A stretch of 64,000 nt of DNA. Origin: a virus. Taxonomy: Duplodnaviria > Heunggongvirae > Uroviricota > Caudoviricetes. Of this stretch, positions 19,802-28,585 are shown piece after piece (positions within the stretch are counted from its first letter, which is position 1; every line of letters begins with the position of its first letter). Made by a program: the position numbers and the translations under genes. The DNA is taken from the IMG/VR virus record IMGVR_UViG_3300027734_000034, one strand, 5' to 3'. The notes beneath the pieces are model-generated. The model did no database searches. It saw nothing but the letters and a program-made list of their open reading frames with translations, and was not told the origin of the DNA.

Positions 19802-22348
19802 TTAAGCGTTGGCGCCTCTAAGTATTGCAAAATTAATTATTGGAGTATCACTTGGGATAGCAGATTGATTGTATATCTGTATGGTAAATGTATTAGCGCC
19901 AACCGATAAAATGCTAGGAATATAACTGGTAGCAGTAGCACCGGAACGGAAATTTATTATAACTATATCAGATACTGTACAAACTACATTAGATACAGCA
20001 AAGCTATTCCATGTATTAGCAGTAGATGTTGTAGTAAACAATGTAATTGATCCAGTAACACATGGTGCTGCCATTGCGACTGCTGTACTACGACTTGTTG
20101 CTTGAGTTCCTGCACTACCAGCACCTGATGCATATCCAACACCTTGAGTTTTACTATTAGAAAGTATAAAACCAGTACCGGTTAAATTACCACTAGTTAA
20201 AGTTGTTAATGTACCAACACTAGTAATATTACCTTGTGCTGCTGTTGTTACGGTTCCTGCTGTAGTTGCGCTTGTTGCTGCTCCGGACAAAGCACCAACA
20301 AACGTTGTTGCTGTAATAGATGCATTGCCCAAGTTAGCACTAATGCTTGTATTAATTACCGCAGATGAATTCCCATTTGATGATGATGTAGAGAACGTAG
20401 GGTATACCGTTGTTGATGTAGATGTATTTTGTAATAATGCCGACGCATTTGTTGCACTAGCTACAGTTCCAGTTACATTAGCACCTACCAATGAACTCAA
20501 CCCATTTCCGTTACCAGTAAATACACCTGTGTTAGCAGTAAATGCTACTGCGGTTACTGTACCATTAACTCCCAATGATGTTAGTGTGCCAACACTAGTA
20601 ATATTACCTTGTGCTGCTGTTGTTACAGTACCTGCTGTTGTAGCACTACCTGCTGTTGTAGCACTACCTGCTGTTGCTACACTTAAATTAGCTACCTGTG
20701 TTGTACTTGTAACTACAAAAGGTGCAGTACCGCCTGCAACATTAGATATAAATTGCGGACTGGTTACATTAGCACTTGCTAGTACTTGCGCTGTGCCTAA
20801 ATTAAGTACATTAGCATTACCGGATACATTTGCTGTGCCTGTGATATTAGCACCAGTACTAGTTAATACTAATCTGTTAGCACCTGTTACTGCAATAGAT
20901 ACATTTGCATTAGCAGTAATAGAAATGTTACTATTACCATTTTGTAATAGTCCACTATTGATAGTAGTGATGTTACCAGTTGTAATAACTGATGTAGTTG
21001 TAGTTGAATTGCCTGAAATTAAGTTACCAACAACGTTAGCAGTACCTGCTATGTTAGCGCCGGTCGATGTAACAACAAATTGAGCAGTTACATTGCCCGC
21101 GATAAACGTAGAAACATTACCACCAGATGTAAGTGTGATATTGCTAGTACCACTATTGATTAATGGAATGTTAGCACTCGTACTAAATACACCTGTTGTA
21201 CCACTTACATTACCCAACCAAGTTAATCCTCGTGCATTACCTAATGTATTATAAGTTACTACTTCGCTAGCAATAGTTACATTACTACCAAATGCAAATT
21301 CACTATTACCAGTATCCCATCCCATAAACGCAGTTACGGGCGCACTTGTATAATACTGTAATGCAGTTCCTCTATCTTTCCCATCATTACTTGTTAATGC
21401 ATTGCCGTTTGGTCCGCCGCCCAATGAAATGATTGGATCTTGAACATTAAATGAAGTTACATTGTAATAGATTGTATTTCCTGTAACTGTTAAGTTTCCC
21501 GTAACGGTTGTATTTCCAGTTACTGTTAAATTATTACCAACAGTTAAATTACCCACTATAGAAGTGTTAGTAGGTAAATCTACTGTCATTGTACCAGTTG
21601 ATGTTATAGGACTATTTGTTACATCTAATGAAGTACTAGATAGACCTACACTAGTGACACCTGCCGCCGCTGCTGAGGTAGAAACTGTAATGTTTCCATT
21701 ACTACTACTAAGTGATATTCCAGAGCCAGCATTTAATCTTGTTACACCAGTATTAATGATACTGATGTTTCCTGCGGTAGTAATAGGACTACCAGATATT
21801 TGTATACCTGCACCAGTTGTTGTCACACCTACACTAGTTACAGTACCAGTGGAAGCAGCATTTGCTATACTAGTAACACGACCATATTGGTCTACTGTAA
21901 CGGTTGGATAAGTATACGTACCAGCAACAACACCACTGGTAGCTAAATCCAATGTGATGATACCACTACTAATAATAGGTCCGCCCACTGAGGTGATCCT
22001 AGCTCCTGCTGCTGCGCCTACCACATCAATGTTTGATACACCACCGCCACCATTACCGCCTCCAGGCGCAGTAATTGTTATGTTCCCGTTACTTTGAGTT
22101 AAAACAATACTATCATCACCGGCAACTAAATTAGTTACACCGGTGTTTGTGATAGTCAAATATGTGTTGCTATTACTATATTCTACATATATTCCATTGC
22201 CAGAAACAAAAGTTGTAGTTGGACTAGCACAAGAAAATAGTGTAGTGAAATTGTTCTTAGATTTATTAAAGGCCGTATATAACGAATCACTGCCCGCAGC
22301 TTCGTTCTGTAACCCAATATTGATGTTTTCTATGCCTGAAATTGCCAT
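19802..22348 (-). CDS. Tail fibre/baseplate-associated structural protein, 848 aa
   Basis: N-terminal INIGLQNEAAGSDSLYTAFNKSKNNF resembles the T4 gp9/gp10-type N-terminus; Gly/Thr/Asn-rich; the segment SATTAGTVTTAAQGNITSVGTLT occurs twice; late promoter 22366-22371 plus SD. Confidence 0.75.
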   Translation of the reverse strand: MAISGIENINIGLQNEAAGSDSLYTAFNKSKNNFTTLFSCASPTTTFVSGNGIYVEYSNSNTYLTITNTGVTNLVAGDDSIVLTQSNGNITITAPGGGNGGGGVSNIDVVGAAAGARITSVGGPIISSGIITLDLATSGVVAGTYTYPTVTVDQYGRVTSIANAASTGTVTSVGVTTTGAGIQISGSPITTAGNISIINTGVTRLNAGSGISLSSSNGNITVSTSAAAAGVTSVGLSSTSLDVTNSPITSTGTMTVDLPTNTSIVGNLTVGNNLTVTGNTTVTGNLTVTGNTIYYNVTSFNVQDPIISLGGGPNGNALTSNDGKDRGTALQYYTSAPVTAFMGWDTGNSEFAFGSNVTIASEVVTYNTLGNARGLTWLGNVSGTTGVFSTSANIPLINSGTSNITLTSGGNVSTFIAGNVTAQFVVTSTGANIAGTANVVGNLISGNSTTTTSVITTGNITTINSGLLQNGNSNISITANANVSIAVTGANRLVLTSTGANITGTANVSGNANVLNLGTAQVLASANVTSPQFISNVAGGTAPFVVTSTTQVANLSVATAGSATTAGSATTAGTVTTAAQGNITSVGTLTSLGVNGTVTAVAFTANTGVFTGNGNGLSSLVGANVTGTVASATNASALLQNTSTSTTVYPTFSTSSSNGNSSAVINTSISANLGNASITATTFVGALSGAATSATTAGTVTTAAQGNITSVGTLTTLTSGNLTGTGFILSNSKTQGVGYASGAGSAGTQATSRSTAVAMAAPCVTGSITLFTTTSTANTWNSFAVSNVVCTVSDIVIINFRSGATATSYIPSILSVGANTFTIQIYNQSAIPSDTPIINFAILRGANA

Positions 22349-22392
22349 GGTTAGTCCTTATTATGTATTTATCAATAGGGATTAAATCAGTA

Positions 22393-22737
22393 TCACTCCA
22401 TCATGTCATAGCTTGGCTGAAAACTGCTTCCACAACCGCAAGTTGTCTGTGCATTTGGGTTACTAATAGTGAATTGACTACCGGATAAGTCATCTTTAAA
22501 ATCAACTTCTGCTCCGGCAACATATTGCATACTCATACTATCTACTAAAATCGTAGTAGATCCAGCTGGAATAGCCCAATCATCTTCGTTTTGTACTTCA
22601 TCTAGTGTGAATCCATAACTCATTCCTGAGCATCCTCCACCTTGTACATACATGCGTAATCTTAATGCAGGATTTCCCTCTTCTGCTATTACTTCTAATA
22701 TCTTTGCTCTTGCGTTTTCTGTAACTGTTAAGTTCAT
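22393..22737 (-). CDS. erpA: A-type Fe-S cluster carrier (ErpA/IscA/HesB family)
   Basis: [11 protein letters not shown]...[14 protein letters not shown]; probable start MNLTVTENA at 22737. Confidence 0.9.
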   Translation of the reverse strand: MNLTVTENARAKILEVIAEEGNPALRLRMYVQGGGCSGMSYGFTLDEVQNEDDWAIPAGSTTILVDSMSMQYVAGAEVDFKDDLSGSQFTISNPNAQTTCGCGSSFQPSYDMME

Positions 22738-22738
22738 A

Positions 22739-23836
22739 TTATGATGTTCCTTCGCTAAACCACGGATCAATGATAACCGGTTGTCCGTTACTTCGTTGCA
22801 TGACATTTGCCGTATGCAAATCCCATCCAAATTTATTGATATTTCCTGTACTATATAATAACTGCATCACAGTATATAGCTGTTTATACATACTGTAAGT
22901 TTTTTTACTTGCAGGATTTTCTAGTATACTTTGCCATGTTCTAGCAAAAGTACCAGAATAGTTTGGACTAAAAAAATACCACGGGTGTCCATTTGTTAAT
23001 TCGCTTTCCACAGTTGACCATGGTTTATTTCCACTAACATAATCACTTAATAACCAAACCATACCTTGTAAGAAACCACCTTTTTCTATAGGGGATAATC
23101 TCTCCATCTCAATCTGAGTGTAGTCTTTGCCATTGATATCGATGGTGTTCACTTCATTGAATCTAGGAACGCATGGTAAATCTTGATGACTCATTGAAAA
23201 CTCATAAAACTTACGAAATACTTGTTCAGCTTTGCTACCCGCATCCTCTGGCATCAATATCTTGATCACATGACTATCATCTTTGGCAAAAACAGTAGCA
23301 TCAGCACCGCTGCCAACATGATGATATCCAGCCGCTCTTAGTTGTTTCCAAATCTCATTGCTATTCTTAGTAGCTACTTCAGCTTCATCCAAATTATCTT
23401 TGACAATCTTGAAGTAGTCATCATACTCACCTGAATCAATAGGTGCCGCATGGTAACCGGGTACTTTGATTCTATTCAACATACGCTGGTATAATTTAGT
23501 TCTATTGTCATCTGCTTTGTGTGAAGTGAATGTAAGTTGATCAGGATGATAGCTAGAAATCAAATCTTTGATTGACTCAATGACAAATGAGAATACTTGT
23601 AATTCATTACCAGAACCAGTCTTTCTAAAAGTTGTACCAGTTCCGTCCTTTTCATATTCAGTAAAGTCTATTTCCCATACTGATTTACCTTCATCATCGT
23701 CATACTGTGAAGCATTAAAAACAATAACACGACCACCTATCGTAGCCTTAGTGGTGTATAAGTCTGGAGTTGCTCTAACTACTTCACTAGAGACATTGCT
23801 AGTAAATACTTCGGTTATAAATTCTGTGGCTCTCAT
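22739..23836 (-). CDS. Protein-kinase-like (PKL/APH fold) domain fused to an N-terminal phage module
   Basis: [11 protein letters not shown] (Gly loop), VIKIL (Lys), WDLHTANVM (catalytic loop), IIDP; N-terminus MRATEFITE. Confidence 0.7.
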   Translation of the reverse strand: MRATEFITEVFTSNVSSEVVRATPDLYTTKATIGGRVIVFNASQYDDDEGKSVWEIDFTEYEKDGTGTTFRKTGSGNELQVFSFVIESIKDLISSYHPDQLTFTSHKADDNRTKLYQRMLNRIKVPGYHAAPIDSGEYDDYFKIVKDNLDEAEVATKNSNEIWKQLRAAGYHHVGSGADATVFAKDDSHVIKILMPEDAGSKAEQVFRKFYEFSMSHQDLPCVPRFNEVNTIDINGKDYTQIEMERLSPIEKGGFLQGMVWLLSDYVSGNKPWSTVESELTNGHPWYFFSPNYSGTFARTWQSILENPASKKTYSMYKQLYTVMQLLYSTGNINKFGWDLHTANVMQRSNGQPVIIDPWFSEGTS

Positions 23837-24387
23837 AGACTCTTACCCCAACGGGTATTAATCACATTCCAGTTTATGATTTTCCACTGTTCTTTGATGT
23901 ACTTTTTCTTATCACTGCCGTAATCTAATATGAAAGCATGTTCCCACCAGTCAATCAATAACAATATGTCATTGCGTACTTGATGATTTACTATCGTTTT
24001 AATCTTGCCGTCTGTAGCTAAGTATATCCAACCACTACCCTGTATCTTCATGGCCTCAATCTCAAACTCAGACTTCATGTTATCATAATCACCGTAATGT
24101 TTATTAACGAATCCCATCATAGGGCCGTTGGGCTTGTTATTGTTTCTCACTTCACGGAACTGCGGGAATAATGTATTATGCAGGAAAGCGCCTGCATAGT
24201 TGAAATCTCTATCACCCTCTTTATTATTGTATCGTTCAGCATACCCGTGGGCTAGTTTCCCATAGTGCAAATCCAATGTGTCTTTGGATAGTACAGGACT
24301 GACTTCAGCCGGAGTGAAGTTTAAGGGTATGATTTCTATGTCTTGAGGCTTACTCTTTTCCTCAAGCAATGTAATAATGTCACGCAT
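23833..24387 (-). CDS. sod: Fe/Mn superoxide dismutase
   Basis: Metal ligands present: LHYGKLAHGY, FLHNTLF, GSGW, DWWEHAF; extra N-terminal MRDIITLLEE. Confidence 0.88.
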   Translation of the reverse strand: MRDIITLLEEKSKPQDIEIIPLNFTPAEVSPVLSKDTLDLHYGKLAHGYAERYNNKEGDRDFNYAGAFLHNTLFPQFREVRNNNKPNGPMMGFVNKHYGDYDNMKSEFEIEAMKIQGSGWIYLATDGKIKTIVNHQVRNDILLLIDWWEHAFILDYGSDKKKYIKEQWKIINWNVINTRWGKSL

Positions 24388-24408
24388 AACATGTATTTAT
24401 GCGTATTG

Positions 24409-24624
24409 TTACCTGCGCCGAGTAATGCGTCCTTTAGATAGGTCGTAGGGTGAGAATTCTACTTCCACCGTGTCTCCGAGCAATATTTTAATGTCGTTCT
24501 TACGCATACGACCACTGATGTAACCAGTAATCACATTACTTGGATTCATCTGTACTTTGAACATAGCATTGGGTAATACATCGATCACCTTACCGTCCAT
24601 CTTGATTCCCTCTTCTTTTGCCAT
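24409..24624 (-). CDS. infA: Translation initiation factor IF-1
   Basis: MAKEEGIKMDGKVIDVLPNAMFKV...ISGRMRKNDIKILLGDTVEVEFSPYDLSKGRITRR; SD aggag. Confidence 0.95.
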   Translation of the reverse strand: MAKEEGIKMDGKVIDVLPNAMFKVQMNPSNVITGYISGRMRKNDIKILLGDTVEVEFSPYDLSKGRITRRR

Positions 24625-24643
24625 TTTAGTTTATTAAACTCCT

Positions 24644-25042
24644 TTAGTTGCGGCGCATTGTGCTGATATCTCTAGCTTCCTCATCGCTAAAGACAGGAAC
24701 AGCATTACTCTTGTGCATAGTACCAATACCAAGAATCTTTGTTCCTGTGTATTTTGGTGCTGGCTTGCTAGACACGGGACCAGAATGTCCAGTATCCAAA
24801 CTCTTGATGTGATGTGTGTTGGTACGACCGATCGGTGTACTAAGTGAATAGACCAATGGTTCTGCTGCCATCGCTCGTTTTTGTCTCTTTGTTTCCTGTT
24901 CAACTCCCCACTTTTTCTGTAGGTCGTGCCAGTCAGATTCTAGTTCACGGTGCTTCCGTGCTTCCTCTGCATTGCGAAACTTAATTTTGCCCTTGCGTTT
25001 ACCACCCATCGATAGGGAGGGATGTGCTAGATGCATAGTCAT
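24644..25042 (-). CDS. Hypothetical basic phage protein
   Basis: C-terminal YTGTKILGIGTMHKSNAVPVFS...ISTMRR, a pattern I associate with T4-like phage hypotheticals; own sigma70 promoter. Confidence 0.65.
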   Translation of the reverse strand: MTMHLAHPSLSMGGKRKGKIKFRNAEEARKHRELESDWHDLQKKWGVEQETKRQKRAMAAEPLVYSLSTPIGRTNTHHIKSLDTGHSGPVSSKPAPKYTGTKILGIGTMHKSNAVPVFSDEEARDISTMRRN

Positions 25043-25071
25043 ACGGATATAAACATAGTTAATATGAGTAT

Positions 25072-25100
25072 ATTATAATACAAAAATCATTTATTGTCAA
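25072..25100 (-). promoter_or_regulatory. sigma70 promoter (member of the repeated early promoter family)
   Basis: cggTTGACA-ataaatgatttttgtat-TATAAT. Confidence 0.85.
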
Positions 25101-25103
25101 CCG

Positions 25104-25499
25104 TCATCTTTTCAGTATTTCAACAATCTTTTCTTTTTCCAGAATGTCGGCTTCTAATTCCATATATTGCTTACGCAATTCTCGCAATTTTTTCCACTTT
25201 ACCTCTAGTTTTTCGTTGGGATGTAGTATCGCTAACCGTTCTTCTATCTTAGTCAAGGTCTTATCTAGGCTTTTGCCCTTGACTTTAATATCACCCTCAA
25301 AAACAGCATCACCTTTAACTTGTAAAGTACCAGTAGGTTGATGACTAATAGTGTCAGTCCAGACTGGACTTGTGCCATTATTAACTAGAAATTGTCCGCC
25401 AGTTCCTGTAGTTATTGGATTTATTGGATTTATATTTATACTAGTACCTGTGGTTGTATAAACTTGTTGTGTTGGTGGATAGATTGAACTATTATTCAT
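25104..25499 (-). CDS. Hypothetical protein with a C-terminal coiled coil
   Basis: Intact ORF; ATGA overlap with the upstream gene. Confidence 0.65.
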   Translation of the reverse strand: MNNSSIYPPTQQVYTTTGTSININPINPITTGTGGQFLVNNGTSPVWTDTISHQPTGTLQVKGDAVFEGDIKVKGKSLDKTLTKIEERLAILHPNEKLEVKWKKLRELRKQYMELEADILEKEKIVEILKR

Positions 25500-25684
25500 G
25501 TTTTCTTTAATATATAACGGCCTTCTTCATCTAATCCAACTTCAATATTATCTCCCTCTTTCCAGCCCATTTGGTCAAGCAATGCTTGTGGGATAGGTAA
25601 TAATAAGTCATCGTCATTGTCAGGATTTGGTTGCGTTATTACTTCATAACGCATTCTTTCTTGTCCAGGATTAGGTCTAGCCAT
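25496..25684 (-). CDS. AbrB/MazE/SpoVT-like DNA-binding protein
   Basis: LLLPIPQALLDQMGWKEGDNIEVGLDEEGRYILKK fits the swapped-hairpin pattern (.IP..l...lg...GD.v); start uncertain (25684 or 25720). Confidence 0.65.
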   Translation of the reverse strand: MARPNPGQERMRYEVITQPNPDNDDDLLLPIPQALLDQMGWKEGDNIEVGLDEEGRYILKKT

Positions 25685-25716
25685 GTGTCTAGTATAATGT
25701 ATTTGTTGATTACTAA

Positions 25717-26289
25717 TCAAGTTTTATGGATGAATGGTCCGTAAATCTTTTCAAGTTCTTGGATAGTTTGAGCAACAGTACTATCTTCATGCTTTACTGC
25801 AATGCCACCTGCACTACTCCATGCATCTAAATATTTGCCATAATCATCTACTAGTACATTTGGGATGCCACCATTTAATGCATGTTTGTACTTTGCACCA
25901 GTGAATATTGCACTACCACTAGTTCCCGGGTTATATTGGTCTAGCCAATCTTTTTTAGCTTCTATGCTAGCCTTCGCATACGGACCGCGCAACGGAGCAG
26001 ACAATACGGTGAACGGGATTTTATTATCATTTAGCCACATTACAATACGCATACCACCTGTTAGTGGCTTTAAGTCTCTAAAAAACTGATAAACTTGTTC
26101 CGGGCTACTTGTTGCTAATGCTTGTATATCTTCTTCTCGTCTTGGAATCTCTTTGTAACTAGAAACCCCATGCTTTCCAGCCCAGGCGCCAAAGAAATCT
26201 GCTTGAACTCCATCCATATCTAGGTATAGATGTGGCATCTTTGCTTCTGGTTCAGACTCAATTTCTTCTAATAATTCTCGTATACGCAT
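25717..26289 (-). CDS. HAD-family 5'(3')-deoxyribonucleotidase (NT5C-like)
   Basis: LYLDMDGVQADF (motif I), VLSAP, KKDWL, LVDDY; start MRIRELLEE 5 nt after TAAATA (26295-26300). Confidence 0.8.
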   Translation of the reverse strand: MRIRELLEEIESEPEAKMPHLYLDMDGVQADFFGAWAGKHGVSSYKEIPRREEDIQALATSSPEQVYQFFRDLKPLTGGMRIVMWLNDNKIPFTVLSAPLRGPYAKASIEAKKDWLDQYNPGTSGSAIFTGAKYKHALNGGIPNVLVDDYGKYLDAWSSAGGIAVKHEDSTVAQTIQELEKIYGPFIHKT

Positions 26290-26374
26290 CATTATATTTA
26301 TCTGTACAGTATAGGAACGATTTTATAGCTAAATACATAGTACAACAATAATAACAATAATAAGGAGTACAAAA

Positions 26375-26542
26375 ATGGTAACAAAAAAAGTTACTACTAG
26401 GCGAAAAGTAGTCGAGCCGCCTCCCCCTCCATCAGTAAAGAGTTTCCCGACCGCTGCCTTAGGTGTAGGTATGGTTATCCTAACTAATTACCAAGCAGAA
26501 GTAAAGCAAGCACTAGGATTAATAATGAAAGCATTAACATGA
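26375..26542 (+). CDS. Hypothetical 55-aa protein (MVTKKVTTRRKVVEPPPPPSVKSFPTAALGVGMVIL...)
   Basis: SD taaggag; late promoter 26330-26335; ATGA overlap with the next gene. Confidence 0.7.
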   Translation: MVTKKVTTRRKVVEPPPPPSVKSFPTAALGVGMVILTNYQAEVKQALGLIMKALT

Positions 26543-27282
26543 AAATATTAGATAAAATTTTAGAATTTAAGAGAACTCCATATGTTATTGCAGGGGTTAT
26601 ATTTGTAAGCAGTTTGGCTGTTCTTAGTTGTTTCAAAAGTGCAGAAACGCAACTAACCACACTAAATCATGCTGCTTCTCTCACTCGCACTATGGCTAAA
26701 TCGTCAGATGATTTGACTAATTATGCTAGATTTTTCGTGACGACCAAGAATGAACAATGGAGAACAGAATTCAATAATGTGCTTAAAATCCGAAACGGAG
26801 AAGTAGCGGATGATAAGGGTGTGACAAAATCATTCAAAGACAGAGTAAAAGAAGTACCGTTTTTACAGACCGAATTAGATCAGTTATTAAAAGCAGAACA
26901 ACTAAGCAACAATCTCGCTAAACTAGAAGTTGAAGCGTTCGCATGGATAGATAAGGGTAAGCCTGAATTGAATTTTGACATAATGATGCACCATTACACA
27001 GAAGCACAGATGTTGATGTTTGGAGATGATTACAAAAAATACAAGAAAGAGATCGTTGTCACTACGGATGAATTCTATGTGATGGTGGTAAGCAGATTAC
27101 AATCAGAATATATGTTCTATATGACAGCAGCATGGACGATGATCATTGTCATAAATCTAAGTTTGATTTTATTAGTGATGGTTATCAAGCATAAAGAAGT
27201 AGTTGATAAAAAACCGGTTAGAAAAGTTATTAAAAAGATACCGGTAAAAAAGCCAGCAGTTAAAAAAATTATTAAGGAGTAA
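26539..27282 (+). CDS. Two-TM membrane protein with a chemoreceptor/sensor-kinase-like periplasmic domain and no signalling domain
   Basis: TM1 YVIAGVIFVSSLAVL; helical domain with SSDDLTNYARFFVTT...IRNGE...SNNLAKLE; TM2 AAWTMIIVINLSLILLVMVI; short Lys-rich tail. Confidence 0.55.
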   Translation: MKILDKILEFKRTPYVIAGVIFVSSLAVLSCFKSAETQLTTLNHAASLTRTMAKSSDDLTNYARFFVTTKNEQWRTEFNNVLKIRNGEVADDKGVTKSFKDRVKEVPFLQTELDQLLKAEQLSNNLAKLEVEAFAWIDKGKPELNFDIMMHHYTEAQMLMFGDDYKKYKKEIVVTTDEFYVMVVSRLQSEYMFYMTAAWTMIIVINLSLILLVMVIKHKEVVDKKPVRKVIKKIPVKKPAVKKIIKE

Positions 27283-27285
27283 AAA

Positions 27286-27807
27286 ATGGCAGAATCACGC
27301 AGCGAGAGAGAGGCACACATCAAAGATAGAGCCGGATGGACTATCACAGTAATAGCAGCATTATTAGCAGTTAACACATATATTGCTAATGGAATCAGTG
27401 GTAGTGTATTGACTAACACTATCAAAGCTAACGATACTTGGAACTTTTATCAAGCAAAAAGCATCAAACAGACTATAGCAGAAAATGCTAGAGATGATGC
27501 TATCGCCCGCAAAGATACTAAGAAAGTTGAACAATTGACTGCTAAGATCGACCGTTATGAGAGCGATCCAGTCAAGAATGAAGGTAAGAAAGAACTCATG
27601 GAAAAAGCTAGAAAGTTAGAAGCTGAAAGAGATGAGGCAAAACAACATAGTCCATGGTTAACATTTGCTGGATCAACATTACAACTTAGTATCGTATTAT
27701 TATCTGCTAGTATTTTAGCAGTTAGTATGGGAATGTTTTACTCTAGCATTGGTGTAGGATTGATTGGTGCAATATTGATGAGCCAAGGCATTTGGATGTG
27801 GATGTAA
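27286..27807 (+). CDS. DUF4337-like membrane protein
   Basis: ANDTWNFYQAKSIKQ motif, N-terminal TM, coiled coil, two C-terminal TMs; SD aggag. Confidence 0.7.
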   Translation: MAESRSEREAHIKDRAGWTITVIAALLAVNTYIANGISGSVLTNTIKANDTWNFYQAKSIKQTIAENARDDAIARKDTKKVEQLTAKIDRYESDPVKNEGKKELMEKARKLEAERDEAKQHSPWLTFAGSTLQLSIVLLSASILAVSMGMFYSSIGVGLIGAILMSQGIWMWM

Positions 27808-27817
27808 GGCCATACTT

Positions 27818-28060
27818 ATGGCTAACATGGTATGGTCTATCGCAATAATCAGTGCAGGGATTGTATCGCCGGTTATACAGCAGATTGGATATTTTCAAGA
27901 TGAGGCTACTTGTCAAAGAAGCCTAACCGACCTTAAATCACAGATACCTGTACAACATAAAATGGTATGTGTACAATACCCAGAACCTCCGCCACCTCCA
28001 CCGCCTCCTCCACCAACCCCTAAGTCACAATCACTTAATTCTAAGGATGCACGAAAATGA
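27818..28060 (+). CDS. Small exported protein with a poly-proline tail
   Basis: Hydrophobic N-terminus, CxxxL...C, PEPPPPPPPPPPTP. Confidence 0.6.
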   Translation: MANMVWSIAIISAGIVSPVIQQIGYFQDEATCQRSLTDLKSQIPVQHKMVCVQYPEPPPPPPPPPPTPKSQSLNSKDARK

Positions 28061-28548
28061 TCGATCCGTTCACCGCATTTGCGATAGCACAAGCAACAGT
28101 GGCCGGAATAAAGAAAGCAGTTGCATTGGGAAAAGATATAAACGGCCTCATAAACGAATTTAGCAAATTCTATAATTCTGCTGATGAGGTACATAATGCT
28201 AGTGTCAAATTAAAAGTACAAAGCATCAGGATGAGTGATGCTCAAATTAATTCCCAAGCGTTACAAATGGCTATGCACTCCCGAGCATTGAGGCAATATG
28301 AGAAAGAACTGAAAGATATACTATTCTGGTCTGGCAACGCAGAAGTCTATTATGAGATGCAAGCTGAACGCAGGAGATTGATGGAAGAACGCCAAGCAGA
28401 AGATAGACGCATAGAAGAACAGAAGCAAAAAGACCGTGAAGCCAAAGCAAGAGCCATCATGGGAACATTATGGATCATGGGTTCTCTATGCATCATCGCA
28501 CCACTAATAACTATTACATTCCAAGTGATAACTAATAAAGGTTTTTAA
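28057..28548 (+). CDS. Hypothetical coiled-coil protein with a C-terminal TM
   Basis: MIDPFTAFAIAQATVAGIKKAV...; ATGA overlap. Confidence 0.65.
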   Translation: MIDPFTAFAIAQATVAGIKKAVALGKDINGLINEFSKFYNSADEVHNASVKLKVQSIRMSDAQINSQALQMAMHSRALRQYEKELKDILFWSGNAEVYYEMQAERRRLMEERQAEDRRIEEQKQKDREAKARAIMGTLWIMGSLCIIAPLITITFQVITNKGF

Positions 28549-28585
28549 CTTAACATAAATATTAGAGTATTAAAGAGGAATAATA

